From: Phoronis australis
Taxonomy: Eukaryota; Animalia; Phoronida
DNA length: 64,000 nucleotides
Reading direction: 5' to 3'
Assembly (NCBI GenBank): GCA_002633005.1
Contig: NMRA01000199.1
Span: forward strand, 318,995-382,994
Position numbers and translations under genes: made by a program. Shown here piece by piece: positions 51,201 through 62,376 of the stretch (the first letter of the stretch is position 1; each line of letters starts with the position of its first letter). A model generated the notes under the pieces. It worked only from the letters and a program-made list of their open reading frames with translations. It did not search any database and was not told the origin of the DNA.

Positions 51201-54200
51201 CAACAACACTCGCACATAACACCTGCCAAATGCCAAGTTTTGGAGGGCAGAAAACGTCGCCACAGTTCTAGTCAAGAAAGGGAAATCACTTTTAAAACAA
51301 CTCCGCAACAGAAAGTTCTCCGGTCAAACTCACACCCTGATGATTTGGTTGCGTTTCATGCTGAACAAAGCAATGTGGTAATATCCCAGACACCAACAAA
51401 GACATGTCAGCAGGAGCCATCACAAAGACCAATCGTCTCCCCTGTGGCTAAGATCTTGCCTTCATTGCCTCCCGCTTCTGATGTCACTATTCGTCCCAGT
51501 CCTTCGGCAGTTGGAAGTGTTAGTCTTTCCGAAAACACTGTGAATATGACACCAAATATTCTAAGGTCGTCTGGGTCTGATGATCTGATCGCCTTTCATC
51601 CAGATTTTGACAACGTAATCATTTCCCAGTCATCAAAAAAGCAGTTCCCCTTGACTAATGTGTCTTCCAACCTTGTGGATGTTCAAGTTGATGGCCAGTC
51701 AGTGTTAGAGAACTGGTCACAAGACCCAGTACCTTTAGGTAACCAGTCACGTGACCTGGATTCAACGCCTAAGCAGGTAACGAGAAGGACACCAAATAAA
51801 TTTGATTCAACGTTAAAGTCAATGTCTCCACAGTCATTGGTAAAGGGAAGTGCTCAGAAGAAATTGTTGAGATCCAATTCTAAGTCTGATGACCTGGTTG
51901 CATTTCACGCCGATCTACCAAGGTTTGTTGTTTCCCAGAAATCGACGTTGTCGCAGACATTCAGGTCGCGTCTGCTAGACATACATGCTCTTCCTATGAA
52001 ATATAACAGAGCCAAGTTATGCAAATTCAGTCGCTTCCAGTTAAATAGGTCTCACTCTCTTCCACCAAGCATCCAGAAAATGAAACCAGAGAGTAAAGGC
52101 TCACAGTCGGTCAAGTCTAATCAGTCACAGAACAAGAAACGTTCGAGTACATCTAGGAGATTGTCGCTAGGCTCAGATGTGAAGTCCGTGGTTCCCATCA
52201 AGGGTCCAACCCTCAGAGTGAGAGGGTTGTCCAAAGAGAAGCAAGTGTCAGACCAATGTGCGGTTTCTGAACCACCAAACGCTGGAGCGGAAAGTTCTGT
52301 TTGTTCATCAAAAAGACCCATTTCCGTTGTCAAACCATTTGACAACTCATTGTTTACGTCTATTAGTGGTTTTGACAGCACACGGTTTCTCGAAAATAAC
52401 CCCGATTCTTCTCAAGAGTTTGTGCCTCTTGACAGTTTAGCGCCTATGGACACTGGCCAAAGTGACAATACTTGGAGAAAGGAAAGTGCCCCAAATTGCA
52501 CCATGTTGACTCCTGGTTTGTTCAATAGTGGTGTTCCAGGCAAGAGGAAGTACAGTGAATTTCAAGGTTTGACCCAACCAGCTCCATCACCATCCTGTAG
52601 CATGGAGGAATCTCTGCTCTCTCTTACGAAAGTGTTTAATAAGTCCGAGGAAACGGTGACGGAAGCAGGCAGCTTAAAGTTAGATGTAAGTTATGCACTT
52701 GTAAGAAGAGTCTCTCAGTAATGCATTAAATGGTTTGTTGCGGACCTGGGTTATTGTCTTGCATTGGGTATTAATAGAAGGAACCTTGGTTGAAATTCTT
52801 GTCTAAGCAAAAAGCGTAAGACAACAATTAAAAGGCTACTGTATTTTAAATTAATAGGTCAAAATAAAAAGCAGTGGTTCTGGTTTGTGGTTTTTGAACA
52901 TTGAGCCGATGGTGCTGTATTTTTTACTTACTTTTTCAAAAATGAAAACCCACCTAAGATATTCAAAAATAATGCTTGTTACTCAACTGCAACCAGTTTC
53001 AGGTGGGGTGGGCTTGGCAGCAGTTGCGTCTGTGCTCAGAAAGTCCTCATTTTAACCCCCACTGGCAACCTCAAACATGGAAATGGCATCCTAACCCAGC
53101 ATCAGACCAAAAAAATCCTTAAGAACAGCAGATTTTGCTAAGAAAAATATTCTCTAAGTTTCACTCAGAGTAGTGTTTAATGAATAGAATTTTGGAGCCA
53201 ACCCCACGTTGTCCCGCGTTGACTGCCATGGAAAAGTAGATTTGACTGCAATGCAAATGATGTATGACTGTAACACTTCACATGAATAATAGCTCAACTA
53301 CTTGTCTGCAACATACGTTACTGCTGAAGTCACCAAGTGCAAGTTGCATTAGGTTTGAGCCATGTTGGCACACTAAGGTAATCCTCAGTGCAGGTCACAA
53401 ACGAGGAAAACGCGTAATAAGCAGCCTTTATACACTATTGAGTAAGAACACATTGACGTGTGGCAATCGAGGAATGCTTGGGCCAAATTTGCTCATTTGA
53501 AGATGTTAAGGTGCTGGCAATAGTTGCAAGAGTCCCAGGACCCGTTCCAAGAAGAAAACTGGCTTAGCTAAAACAAAACTAAGATAAAACTTAAATTTGT
53601 CTCAAGTCTATTTCCAAAAAGATATCTTGCGTTTTGTCTCTTATTTTGACTATCTTACCGGATGTGGAAGTTTCAAAGTTTGGAAGTTGAGACAAGTCTT
53701 GGCTTGAGTCAAAAATGAACTTGAGTCAGCTTCTTGGAAGGGGCCATGGATTTTGAGAACCAAATTGATGTCTGCTATTTATGGGAGCAAACTGGTTCTC
53801 CAAATGCCAGACCCCTGGAAGCGACCATTACCAAGATGGGTTTGGACCATCTGGAAAATACTTTAGTGCATTAGTGCCTTAAGTCGTGTATCAGAAGTAT
53901 CCGGATACCTATCAGTTTTGAAATCTTGATGATACTGATAGGCAGTGATGGTGTGACATGTGATATGCTTGGTTTTGTTGTCCATGAATTCCTTAAAGTT
54001 TGTTTTCTGTTGTGGCCCAATACTAATGTATTTACTAGAGACTGAAAATCTCACTCTGCCTTTTGGTTTTCAGACTGCGTCAGAGTTCATTGACCTCGAG
54101 GAGTTCATGCAGCTTGATCATAGTGCCTCCCCCTCTCCACCTTCGCTTACCCCTCTCTCATCTCGTTCATCCAACACGCCAGATGTCACAGCAGACCGGC

Positions 54201-54920
54201 CACCTCTGTGCACTCCACCGAGCTTGTCACCATGTTGTACACAGGTCGTGCCATCCATGTCCTCGGTCCACAGTCATGTCATCTCACCATGTGTTGAGAA
54301 TATCACCAGCGTCATCATGGCGTCGGACAATGTGCAACAAATTGTGGATCTTCCCGTAAAGAGTTCACTCCCAGGTAAACATGTATTTTTAGCTTTTCTC
54401 TTATGCCTCTTGCATATCTGCTGTGAGAGTTTTGTATGGAGTTCACTGAGAGTGTTGTATGAGTTCACTAAAATGCTTGTTGACCCAATTCCTCTCTCAA
54501 AACATTTGAAAATCATGCGCAATTCCCCTCTCCACGTTCAACAATTCCCCTCGAATGGCAAAGAGATCTCTTTGAGTTTATAATCAATTTCAAATTGTTC
54601 AGAACGTCCTTCTATTTAAGGTTATCTTAACTGAAGGGTGAGCAAGGACCCTGAAATCAAATCCTAGTGAGATCACATACTCTGCTGTGGTACATGGTGA
54701 TGATATATCTCACGTGGGCCTGTATTGTATGATGATATATCTCACCTGGGTCTGTATTGTATGATGATATATCTCACCTGGGCCTGTATTGTATGATATA
54801 TCTCACGTGGGCCTGTATTGTATGGTGATATATCTCACCTGGGCCTGTATTGTATGGTGTCAGTTTTACTTTTTTCCATCTGGCACTGTATCTACTCTGT
54901 CCTTTGTAGGAACTTCCTAA
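42233..54920 (+). CDS. G2E3/PHF7-like PHD/RING zinc-finger protein without HECT, spliced CDS join(42233-42278,42882-42976,43928-44032,45430-45554,46128-46305,47081-47187,48493-48609,49320-49456,50329-52685,54074-54374,54910-54920), ~1192 aa
   Basis: Motifs CVFC..FGQK..VHYFCMLFASG..GILGFLPDDIISEVRRAKRL, GASIGC..SYHFGCG, PCCRDSWFHRECMQ, FKCPLCNNKEDFQREM, DASWERE and SKWEIILCQMCG align with G2E3/PHF7/pineapple-eye N-termini. All junctions are in phase; the last exon is uncertain. Confidence 0.88.
42486..42607. repeat. ~32-bp tandem repeat, ~4 copies
   Basis: GTGTGTGTATTTAGGCCTGTACTGTGCCAC variants. Confidence 0.85.
42882..42976 (+). CDS. G2E3/PHF7-like exon
   Basis: RCVFCGSDEDNEAMFGQKLVKNGLFVHYFCM|gtgagt. 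Confidence 0.92.
43928..44032 (+). CDS. G2E3/PHF7-like exon
   Basis: LFASGLCQNGKSDSSGILGFLPDDIISEVRRAKRL|gtatgt. Confidence 0.92.
44851..45399. mobile_element. PIF/Harbinger (Tourist)-like MITE, ~40-bp TIRs, 3-bp TSD TCA
   Basis: GGGCTGTTCCAGCAAAATCAGTGTGGGAGGGGGGGAAGGCA ... TGCCTTCCCCCCTCCCATACAGATTTTACTGGAACAGCCC; TCA at 44848-44850 and 45400-45402; internal AAAAATTA(C/T)GGGTGG repeats. Confidence 0.8.
45430..45554 (+). CDS. G2E3/PHF7-like exon (extended PHD)
   Basis: RCVYCSAGGASIGCLGKQCRKSYHFGCGLKNGVLFQFFDCY|gtgagt. Confidence 0.93.
46128..46305 (+). CDS. G2E3/PHF7-like exon (RING/PHD 2)
   Basis: SFCQVHRPQQ...CCVCMC...GPCCRDSWFHRECMQ|gtgagt. Confidence 0.93.
47081..47187 (+). CDS. G2E3/PHF7-like exon
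   Basis: NYATSSGLYYFKCPLCNNKEDFQREMLLFGIYIPD|gtaagt. Confidence 0.93.
47460..48043. mobile_element. Degenerate palindromic MITE with TTAA ends (Kolobok/piggyBac-like)
   Basis: Inverted pairs GTATTTCTTTATTTTATTAGCTAC..TCTGG / CCAGA..GTAGCAAATAGAATAAAGAAATAC and ATGATCATAGTG / CACTATGATCAT; TTAA at both ends. Confidence 0.5.
48493..48609 (+). CDS. G2E3/PHF7-like exon
   Basis: DASWEREHNAFSELYERHCRCDVPKCLCPKGRSYDKDD|gtagat. Confidence 0.92.
49320..49456 (+). CDS. G2E3/PHF7-like exon (third PHD)
   Basis: KWEIILCQMCGAHGGHVGCVTLPRSGVLLCPDCQTISERVKTTCP|gtttgt. Confidence 0.9.
50329..52685 (+). CDS. G2E3/PHF7-like giant exon (2357 nt): basic then Ser/Pro-rich disordered region with 4 internal motif repeats
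   Basis: Lies within the 850-aa ORF 50169-52721; acceptor ttttttgtttttgcag in the required phase 1; donor GAT|GTAAGT. Confidence 0.85.
53535..53749. mobile_element. Short MITE with ~20-bp imperfect TIRs
   Basis: CCAGGACCCGTTCCAAGAAG ... CTTCTTGGAAGGGGCCATGG. Confidence 0.6.
54074..54374 (+). CDS. G2E3/PHF7-like penultimate exon (Ser/Pro-rich)
   Basis: ggttttcag|TASEFIDLEEFMQ...VKSSLP|gtaaac; phase 0 fits the preceding exon. Confidence 0.75.
54697..54858. repeat. ~32-bp minisatellite, 5 copies
   Basis: TGATGATATATCTCAC(C/G)TGGGCCTGTATTGTA variants. Confidence 0.92.
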
Positions 54921-56231
54921 CATCTGACTAGGTGTTCATCTGTGCAGAAGATGATAGCACATCCTCACTGTCTTTTGCTCTGCTCTGGCACACTCTGCCC
55001 CTAGTGGCAATTTTCTTCGTTTTAGGCATTCATTGTTTTATCTGCCAAATGGTGTGAAGAGCCGTTAAAAATGTGCTGAAGATGTTTCCATTTATAGAAA
55101 CCTGGCTGACTTAAATTTTTGGAGTTATGGCTAATACAATGCAGTTTTTGTTAGCCTCAATGTATAACATATTGCGTGAATGAGCTTTTACCTTTGAGAG
55201 AATAGCCCTTGTCTAATTTGGACAGTTTTGACTTGTGCTGTGCCCCCTTTGTGGTATATGTTCACTGGTGTTGTTCAGTCTATTGTGCGGTGATGTTTGA
55301 AAACATGTGCACCCCTCATATCTTTGCCATTTGTGGTGCACACATGGGGAATGTATCAACGCTAGATGCGTTGCTCTTGTCAGGCATAATATTTAACAAA
55401 ATACACAAATGTCACAGCATATACCTAATATGTGCGTGCGTGTGTTCTCAGTAGTTTGATTTTTGTAATTATGATGTGAAATCTGGCATTTTTTGTTTTG
55501 CCTCTTTCTGTCTTCTCTTTTACTTTAGATGCATAGCAAGTGTGTCTTATTCATTCAATTCATCGTTTTTTTTTTCAGGCTGCAGTGTCCATACTGCTGG
55601 GCCAGCTTTAAATATGGAGGATTTAAAGAAGAAAGTGCCCTGATCAGTCATACTTATGTTATTCCAAGATATCGATATGAGGAAATCGTGGAAGCTTGAA
55701 AATTCATCAGCCACATTTAGACTATGATTCAACCAAACCTTAGTTTGTGTTTTGGTTTCAAAATAAAGTTTATGAACATTCACTGTTCAAACATATTAAG
55801 TCATCAGTCTTGAGTGGCTTCTGGGGAATTTGCATATATTTATGTGCTCCCAGTCTCAATTTGGCCTCGCGTTAAAAACTGGACACGTTTGACGACTTGT
55901 TGTACATCATCACTCAATAGATCTGTATAAGAACTGTGAGCGCCATCTACCCTCCTTATGTAGAACACTGTTCTGAGGTCCTTAGGCGTGGACCATGCCC
56001 ATTGGGGACGATTTTGTGGCAATATAAAAGGGTGGCTGAAAGAATTCTTAGAAACTTGAAGATAATAGGTGTGGGAGTCTTGTTGCCACACTAAATACAA
56101 TGGACTAGAAATTTGTTGGTCAACTACTATTTTGATCTGCCTTATCATGAGCTAAACAGGTGAAGAATTACGGTAGTACTCTTGTGATCATAAGGATGAT
56201 TATTTCTGGTAGACAATTAGTACTGTATGTG

Positions 56232-56260
<29 letters not shown>
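56232..56260. repeat. (TA)n/(TG)n microsatellite
   Basis: TATATATA... run followed by TGTGTG. Confidence 0.9.
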
Positions 56261-56262
<2 letters not shown>

Positions 56263-57814
56263 TTTAGTTGAGATTAAATAGGTATCCACTACATAATTTG
56301 CTGTGTATGGTATTCATGTGTAGGGTCAATATTCAGTAGACAACTTTTCGGTAGCATGAATAGGACATAAATTTGTTATATGTGAGAATACTCAATAGGC
56401 CTATGAATGGAGGGTGCAGATTAATCCAAACTTGCAATTGTTTCCACTGGGATTAATTCAGTCTTTTTGAGAGAAGGATTTCCTATAATGGTAAAATTTC
56501 ACGAATTTTCAACAAAACTAATTTGCTATAATTGTCTTGTTTCATTTTTCAAGTTTTTTTAGCGTTGCCCTGAACCAACAATATTTCCAAAACTTTATTT
56601 GGTGGTAGCTCTGGAATAAAACTTCAGGAAGGACTATTAATTGATTTTGTGCTGCGCATGTGTCATAAAAAGTATGTAAAATAAAATTCCGCTTGTCGGC
56701 CATATTGTGTCCTAAATTGGAGAGATTTTACCCTAACTCAAAATTGACGTTTTATTGTCCGGTAAATATGGTGGACGAAGACTGATCTTAAAATATGGAA
56801 TAAGGAATTCCATACGTGTCGTGTGATCTGGGCAGTCAAATCCTTCCAACTAAATATTCCAATGTGTATTATGTGTTATGGATTGGCAATGTTGACCAGG
56901 TTTTATACATGTTGGAAGTGTGGTTTACTGTTACAAAAAATACGAGTTCTTGTTTAGTTGTTGGTGTTAACAGTTCCCCCAACTTGTTTAATTTATGTTA
57001 GTGCCAATTCACCTACTTTAGCTAGACAGCGAGCTGCGACCTGTATTGTTGGTCTGCGGTGAGCTATTGAGATGTAATAGACAACTATAGCCTCAAGACC
57101 TTTTCAGTTTTCACGTTGTAGCGTCTCATTAATTTGTGAAAAGAATTTCTTCGAACTACGTCAGGCTTGCGTTGCATCAAAGTTGTTCGGATGTTTAGTG
57201 ATATGATATATCTGCCGCCATGACGCAATTTTCATTCACAAATAGCGTTACATTTTCAGAATTTGCAGAATATTTTTTCCGATTCGGGTGACTACATGGC
57301 CGATTAAATTATGCTTTTGGATTAATCGGTTTGCTCCAACAACCACTGCATGCTCCCGGGGTCTAGTCTTTGTGCTAGAAATCGAACTCGAAATTATTGT
57401 TGGCATTTTTAGTTTACGTTTGTGCCAACTCAAGACTGGTGGCTCTATTGGTCTGTGCTTGGGTACTTTATGGTTTGTGTATATGGGTTTCGAGTCAAAG
57501 CTCATACTTAATGACCCCTAAATCCGAGCTACAAGGTCTAGTAAAAGCTTGAGATTTTGAGTTTAGAATCGAACTTATAGTCTTAATGCTGAAGTCATTA
57601 AGTGCATAATAGGATTGGACTGTTGTTCATGCAAGCCAGTGTGCACTGGAGCTTAGAATTTTATCTTGAGCATGCACAAAAGAGAGTAAATGACAATAAT
57701 AGTTATAGTGCAGGAGTATGTAAATGTGACCTAGTAATTTTTTTTTTTAATTTTATAATTCTAATTTATATGACTGGGTACAAAATATCAAAATAAGTTC
57801 ATACTAAATAAACA

Positions 57815-57970
57815 ATACGCCGTATAGCAACAATGACGTCGCATTATCACGCGTCACGTTGCAGTAGTTGAACAGTGCACCTGACGTCATGCAACAATCG
57901 GTGTGCTGGTGTTAGTTTCATCAGGGAGTTTATTGCTCTACACTCCATGATTGCATGCAACTCAGCCCTG
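57815..57970. mobile_element. Second copy (inverted) of the 35760-35912 repeat
   Basis: ATACGCCGTATAGCAACAATGACGTCGCATTATC...CTGACGTCATGCAACAATC; ends ATGCAACTCAGCCCTG. Confidence 0.6.
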
Positions 57971-60115
57971 TTTACTAAAGTTTGAAGCGAGCTTTCGTGT
58001 GCGTTTTCAAATTCCTTGAAACATTGACAACGACCATTTACCACTTTAAAGCAGATATTATCAGTCTCTAAATAAAGTCATAAACATCTTCAATCGTTAC
58101 AAGCAAAGGGTAGTGGTACTAAACGATTGCGAAATAGATAGTTGGTGTTGTCGTTGGCTGTGGGACTTGTGGAAATAAGTTATTTACTGAACAGCCAGGG
58201 CAGAGTTCAGTAAATGTCTTACTTCGCTAGAAAAAGATTTTTTGCGAGACGGATATTGCCGTGCGTTTCAAATGAGAGCACGAAATTTTGGCTGGCATTT
58301 TCTCGCCGCGTGACAGCTGCTCAACTACTGAAGTTTCACGTTCACGCCACACAACTTCTGTTTTAATCGAAATCAGTGGGGGACTAAGGATTAATCTGGT
58401 AACACCCTAATAAAATGCCACTACATAAATAACAACCTGCAACGCATATGTTAAGTGAAACCACGTAAAATGATTTTCACCTCACTTAACCAACAGTATG
58501 AAAGTTCAATGTGACGAAATGGTTTGATTGACCAAAGATGATACCGCTGTACTGGTACTTCTTTCGCAAGATCGAGGCACTTGGACTACCCGTCAACGAA
58601 ATTCTTCATTTTACGTCGTTATTTCCTCCACGTACGCACAATTTTTCTTGCCCCTCGAACGTTTCTTTCCTTCTTTCTCAGGGCCGAGGCGCGTCTGGCA
58701 GCGGGTAGTTCAGGTTGCATGAAACAGTCCCAGGCAAATAGGGACTCTGCTAAGTTCCCTGAGCCCACTGCGTATTTTCGGCTTGTGAAAACTGATTGTC
58801 CTATCTTACGCTGTTTGAGTATCATTACTGTGCCAATTTTTGGCTTAGATACAAATCGAAAGTGAACTCTACTTTGAATTCTCAATATTTGTTGAAAATA
58901 AGCAGGGATCTTTTCATTCAACGCCCCCAAGGACTACATGTATAAGTCCCTAATTATTTTGATTGAATTAAAGACCTGGTCGCGCGCGTTGTTAACCCTT
59001 ATTACATGGTTAGAGGATGTTATAATGATCCAAGAAGTACTTACCCCATAACTAATATAAGATCCGTACTCGAAAAAAGTTTAAATGAACGCACCACTCA
59101 CGATTTGCACCCGAAGAACCACCGCTATTTTGAACTTGCTGCGAACCCGGAAGTACAATTCATTCATGAACCCAGGCTAGCCGCTAAGAAAACGTGTAGA
59201 TGGACGAGTGCCTGTTACCAGCTTGCAAACGGGGATAACTAATCGACAGCGCGCCTCAATTTTAATAAAATCAAAATACGGACAACTTTATCGAATTTGC
59301 TGAAGAAATGTAGCGAATACATTTTGACAGAAATTATTTTGCTAGACTCGGGACCGCAGCGTATCGGACCCGGTGCCGATCGAGACCAGACACTGGCGAA
59401 CGGTAAATGCATGCGGTTGCGAGCTGTTTTGTCGAAGTAAAATGCTCGAATTATAAATGCCGCATATATTCAAAGATAGTTTCAGACACTTGCATGAAAT
59501 TGCGGGCTGGTTAGTCCTGTGTCACACTGCTGCGGCAGACCTTAGCTAGCCTCAGTGCCGACTACCAGTGAAGACTATCGTCAAAATACAGCTTGTTTGT
59601 ACTATACAGCTTTGCGGCAAGGCTACCCTTAGGACTAACTGGTCGCTGGCCACAGCGCTCGCTCAAACGCGGGTTTATTTAGAACTTGGGTACTTCTCGC
59701 GAACTGTGCAAAGTTGTTGGCTTTCAATAGAGATTTGCCCAGACTTTGTATGAACACACCAAGCCTAAAAGAATGGGGGGCTGGAATTTTTGGGAATGTC
59801 TATCTTTCACTATAAGATTCACTGGGTATGTTCAGAGCTATGAATTACAGACGCTAAATTTTGGTACTTCCTGTCTTCTAGTGGGATATTGTCTCATTTT
59901 CTACTTTTCTCGGAATTCGTGCTTCTCTGACTGAGGCAGACCTTTTTCCATTTCTCCAAATAGGGGGCTCGTTCGAGCACATAAGTATGACAAGTCCAAT
60001 ACAAAATGTTATAATTTTTATTCATTAACCCAAAATGATTCAAACTTTTAACATAATAAGTAACTTAAAATATAGAATACTTTACAACATTTAGCATTAC
60101 AAACACTATTCAACA

Positions 60116-60347
60116 CATGCACGCACCCAGCCTTCAATATGGGGGGCTCGAATTTCCGGCGATGTGGGGCTTTTGCTAAAAAAAAGAGTCTGCGGACTAA
60201 AAAAAAAAACGGGAGCACCACTGTGAATTGCGCGTTTGCGCTTCTTTAGTGGACTTTTGTCCCATTTTCTCCGGCTTTTTGTCTCGCGGGGGCGGACCTT
60301 TTTGCCCACTTCGCCCCCCGAGCCCCTCCCCCCCAGGTGCGCGCATG
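60116..60347. mobile_element. MITE with 12-bp TIR and 5-bp TSD
   Basis: CATGCACGCACC...GGTGCGCGCATG; TSD CAACA at 60111-60115 and 60348-60352. Confidence 0.82.
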
Positions 60348-62376
60348 CAACAGCAAAAGTTTCCATGTTATGAAAGTGGACTTACATGTAACTATTACCA
60401 TGGTGACTGAATAGTGTTTCCTTACACCAGAATTTGACAAGCATGATTAAAAATATATGAAGTTGCAAGGAACAAGAATTGGAGGCTTGAAGCTTCACAA
60501 TCCAACATAGCTTATTTCCCAAATTAAGATTATTCATATTGTTGACTTGATAACCTGAATTAAGAAGCAATAAGTTACAAAACATGGCTTGAAAGCAATC
60601 GAGATTTAAAATTTAGAAAAATATGAATCATTTTGTGACACCGAATCAAGCCTTGAACAGCAGTTGACAATCAAACAAAACACCATTTCAAAATTATGTC
60701 AACTATTTTTTTAGCTTAGTGTAAGATCACCTGAATGGGAAATTCACAGTAAAATAATTCGAATATATCTGATATTTTTGCACAAAACACACGAAAATTG
60801 GACAAAGTTCCTTTTTTGTAGCAACACTTGTCAAAATGCATCAACGTTAAATCTTCACAAATTAAAAAAGTAGCCGATTGAACATGCCTTTCAGTTCAGC
60901 AAAATTCGCCATGCTGTCGGTGCCGCCAGAAATGAGACGAAGTCCAACGGGAATTGTGAGCACATTTATCACTTATTGAGTAACAACTTCGAGCCTGAAA
61001 TTTGGTGAGCACTGTTGAATCTTGCAAAATAGTAACTAAAAATATGTCTAACTAAATTTTACCGTAATTTGTTGGCGAAAACAATTTACACAAAGTTTTA
61101 AACTCGTAACTTATCCCGCTGTCCTCCAATATGGCCGACGCGATCCAAAGAAAGTGACCCAAATTTCTCCACAAAAATTGCAATATCTTCAGTTTACACT
61201 GCTTGCCCCGATTTTGATACTTTTTCAATTTTTTATGAGTATAATACACTAACTTTCCGAAGATAGCAAAGTACTTTTTCAAAACGAGAAAGAAATCAAA
61301 ACGAAAAAAATTGGTTCGACCCATATTGGTTCCTAGGTTCGACCGGCCTACGTAAGGAACTAAACACCAATGCTATTTTAACATAATAAGTATGCGTAAC
61401 ATTCCAAAAAAATCAACGACCAGTAATTACAAACTATAAATACACTACACACACAAACGAATCACGAGATATTACTAATAAAACAAAATAATGAAGATTT
61501 TTCGAGCAAGCCATAGAACATTCAGTTACAAGGACAAAATGGCGGCGTTCAGGACAAGTTCCTGAACTGATGAGCCGGAAATGTGGGTACGGAAATAACC
61601 GATGACAGCTGCTAATTATACGCTCACAGAGAAGGGACAAATACTGTTAAAAATCGCTTTCGGCAAGAAAGGCGAAAAGAATATAAAAAAGGGTGTTGAA
61701 AATAAGATTTTATGTAGTAAGTATTTTCAGATACAGGAACCACATGGGCAGTTTGAGAGCAGGACTTTAAGGGCTCAAGCTCAATTAACTTTTATGTTAT
61801 TAGAAAATGTCATTAGTCAAAGAGGACCTCACATCAAAGATAAAATTATGGAAAGATATCTGGTGTGCCTAAAGAACGAAACGAATATGAAAAGGATTTA
61901 GAGAACTTAGCTGAGTCCTTATTTTGGGACTGTTTCATGCAACTGGCCACTGAAGACTCGTTATCGAATGTAGAGACATAAATTGAAGGAATGGAACTTG
62001 AGCCATATCACATCTAGCTTATCAAGTGCAGCCTATGTCAAGAAAGTATGGACAGGTACTGAGCTGCCAAATTAGACAATGGACGACTGAGTTCACTGCA
62101 GGAACCATGTAGAGGTTACACGTTCCAGGTTTTAAGAGAATGGAAATTACGTTAAAATATGATTCCAGGTGATGTGGAACTTGCAATGAAATCGTTTAGA
62201 AGATCACAAGACCTATCATCCAAATGCAACTCAACACTTTTGTGCTCTTACTGAGGCCCAGTTAAAGGTCTCTAAGTATGGGTGTCTAGACAATGCAAGT
62301 GATTACACAAAATTTCTAAAATAAGAATCTATTTCGATGGCATGATTGTTTATTAATTCGCCCTGAAACGAGGCGT

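Noticed and set aside
54697-54858. Repeat units contain CCCAG|GTGAGA donor-like sites
   Set aside because: They are antisense to the host gene and no minus-strand exon is evident.
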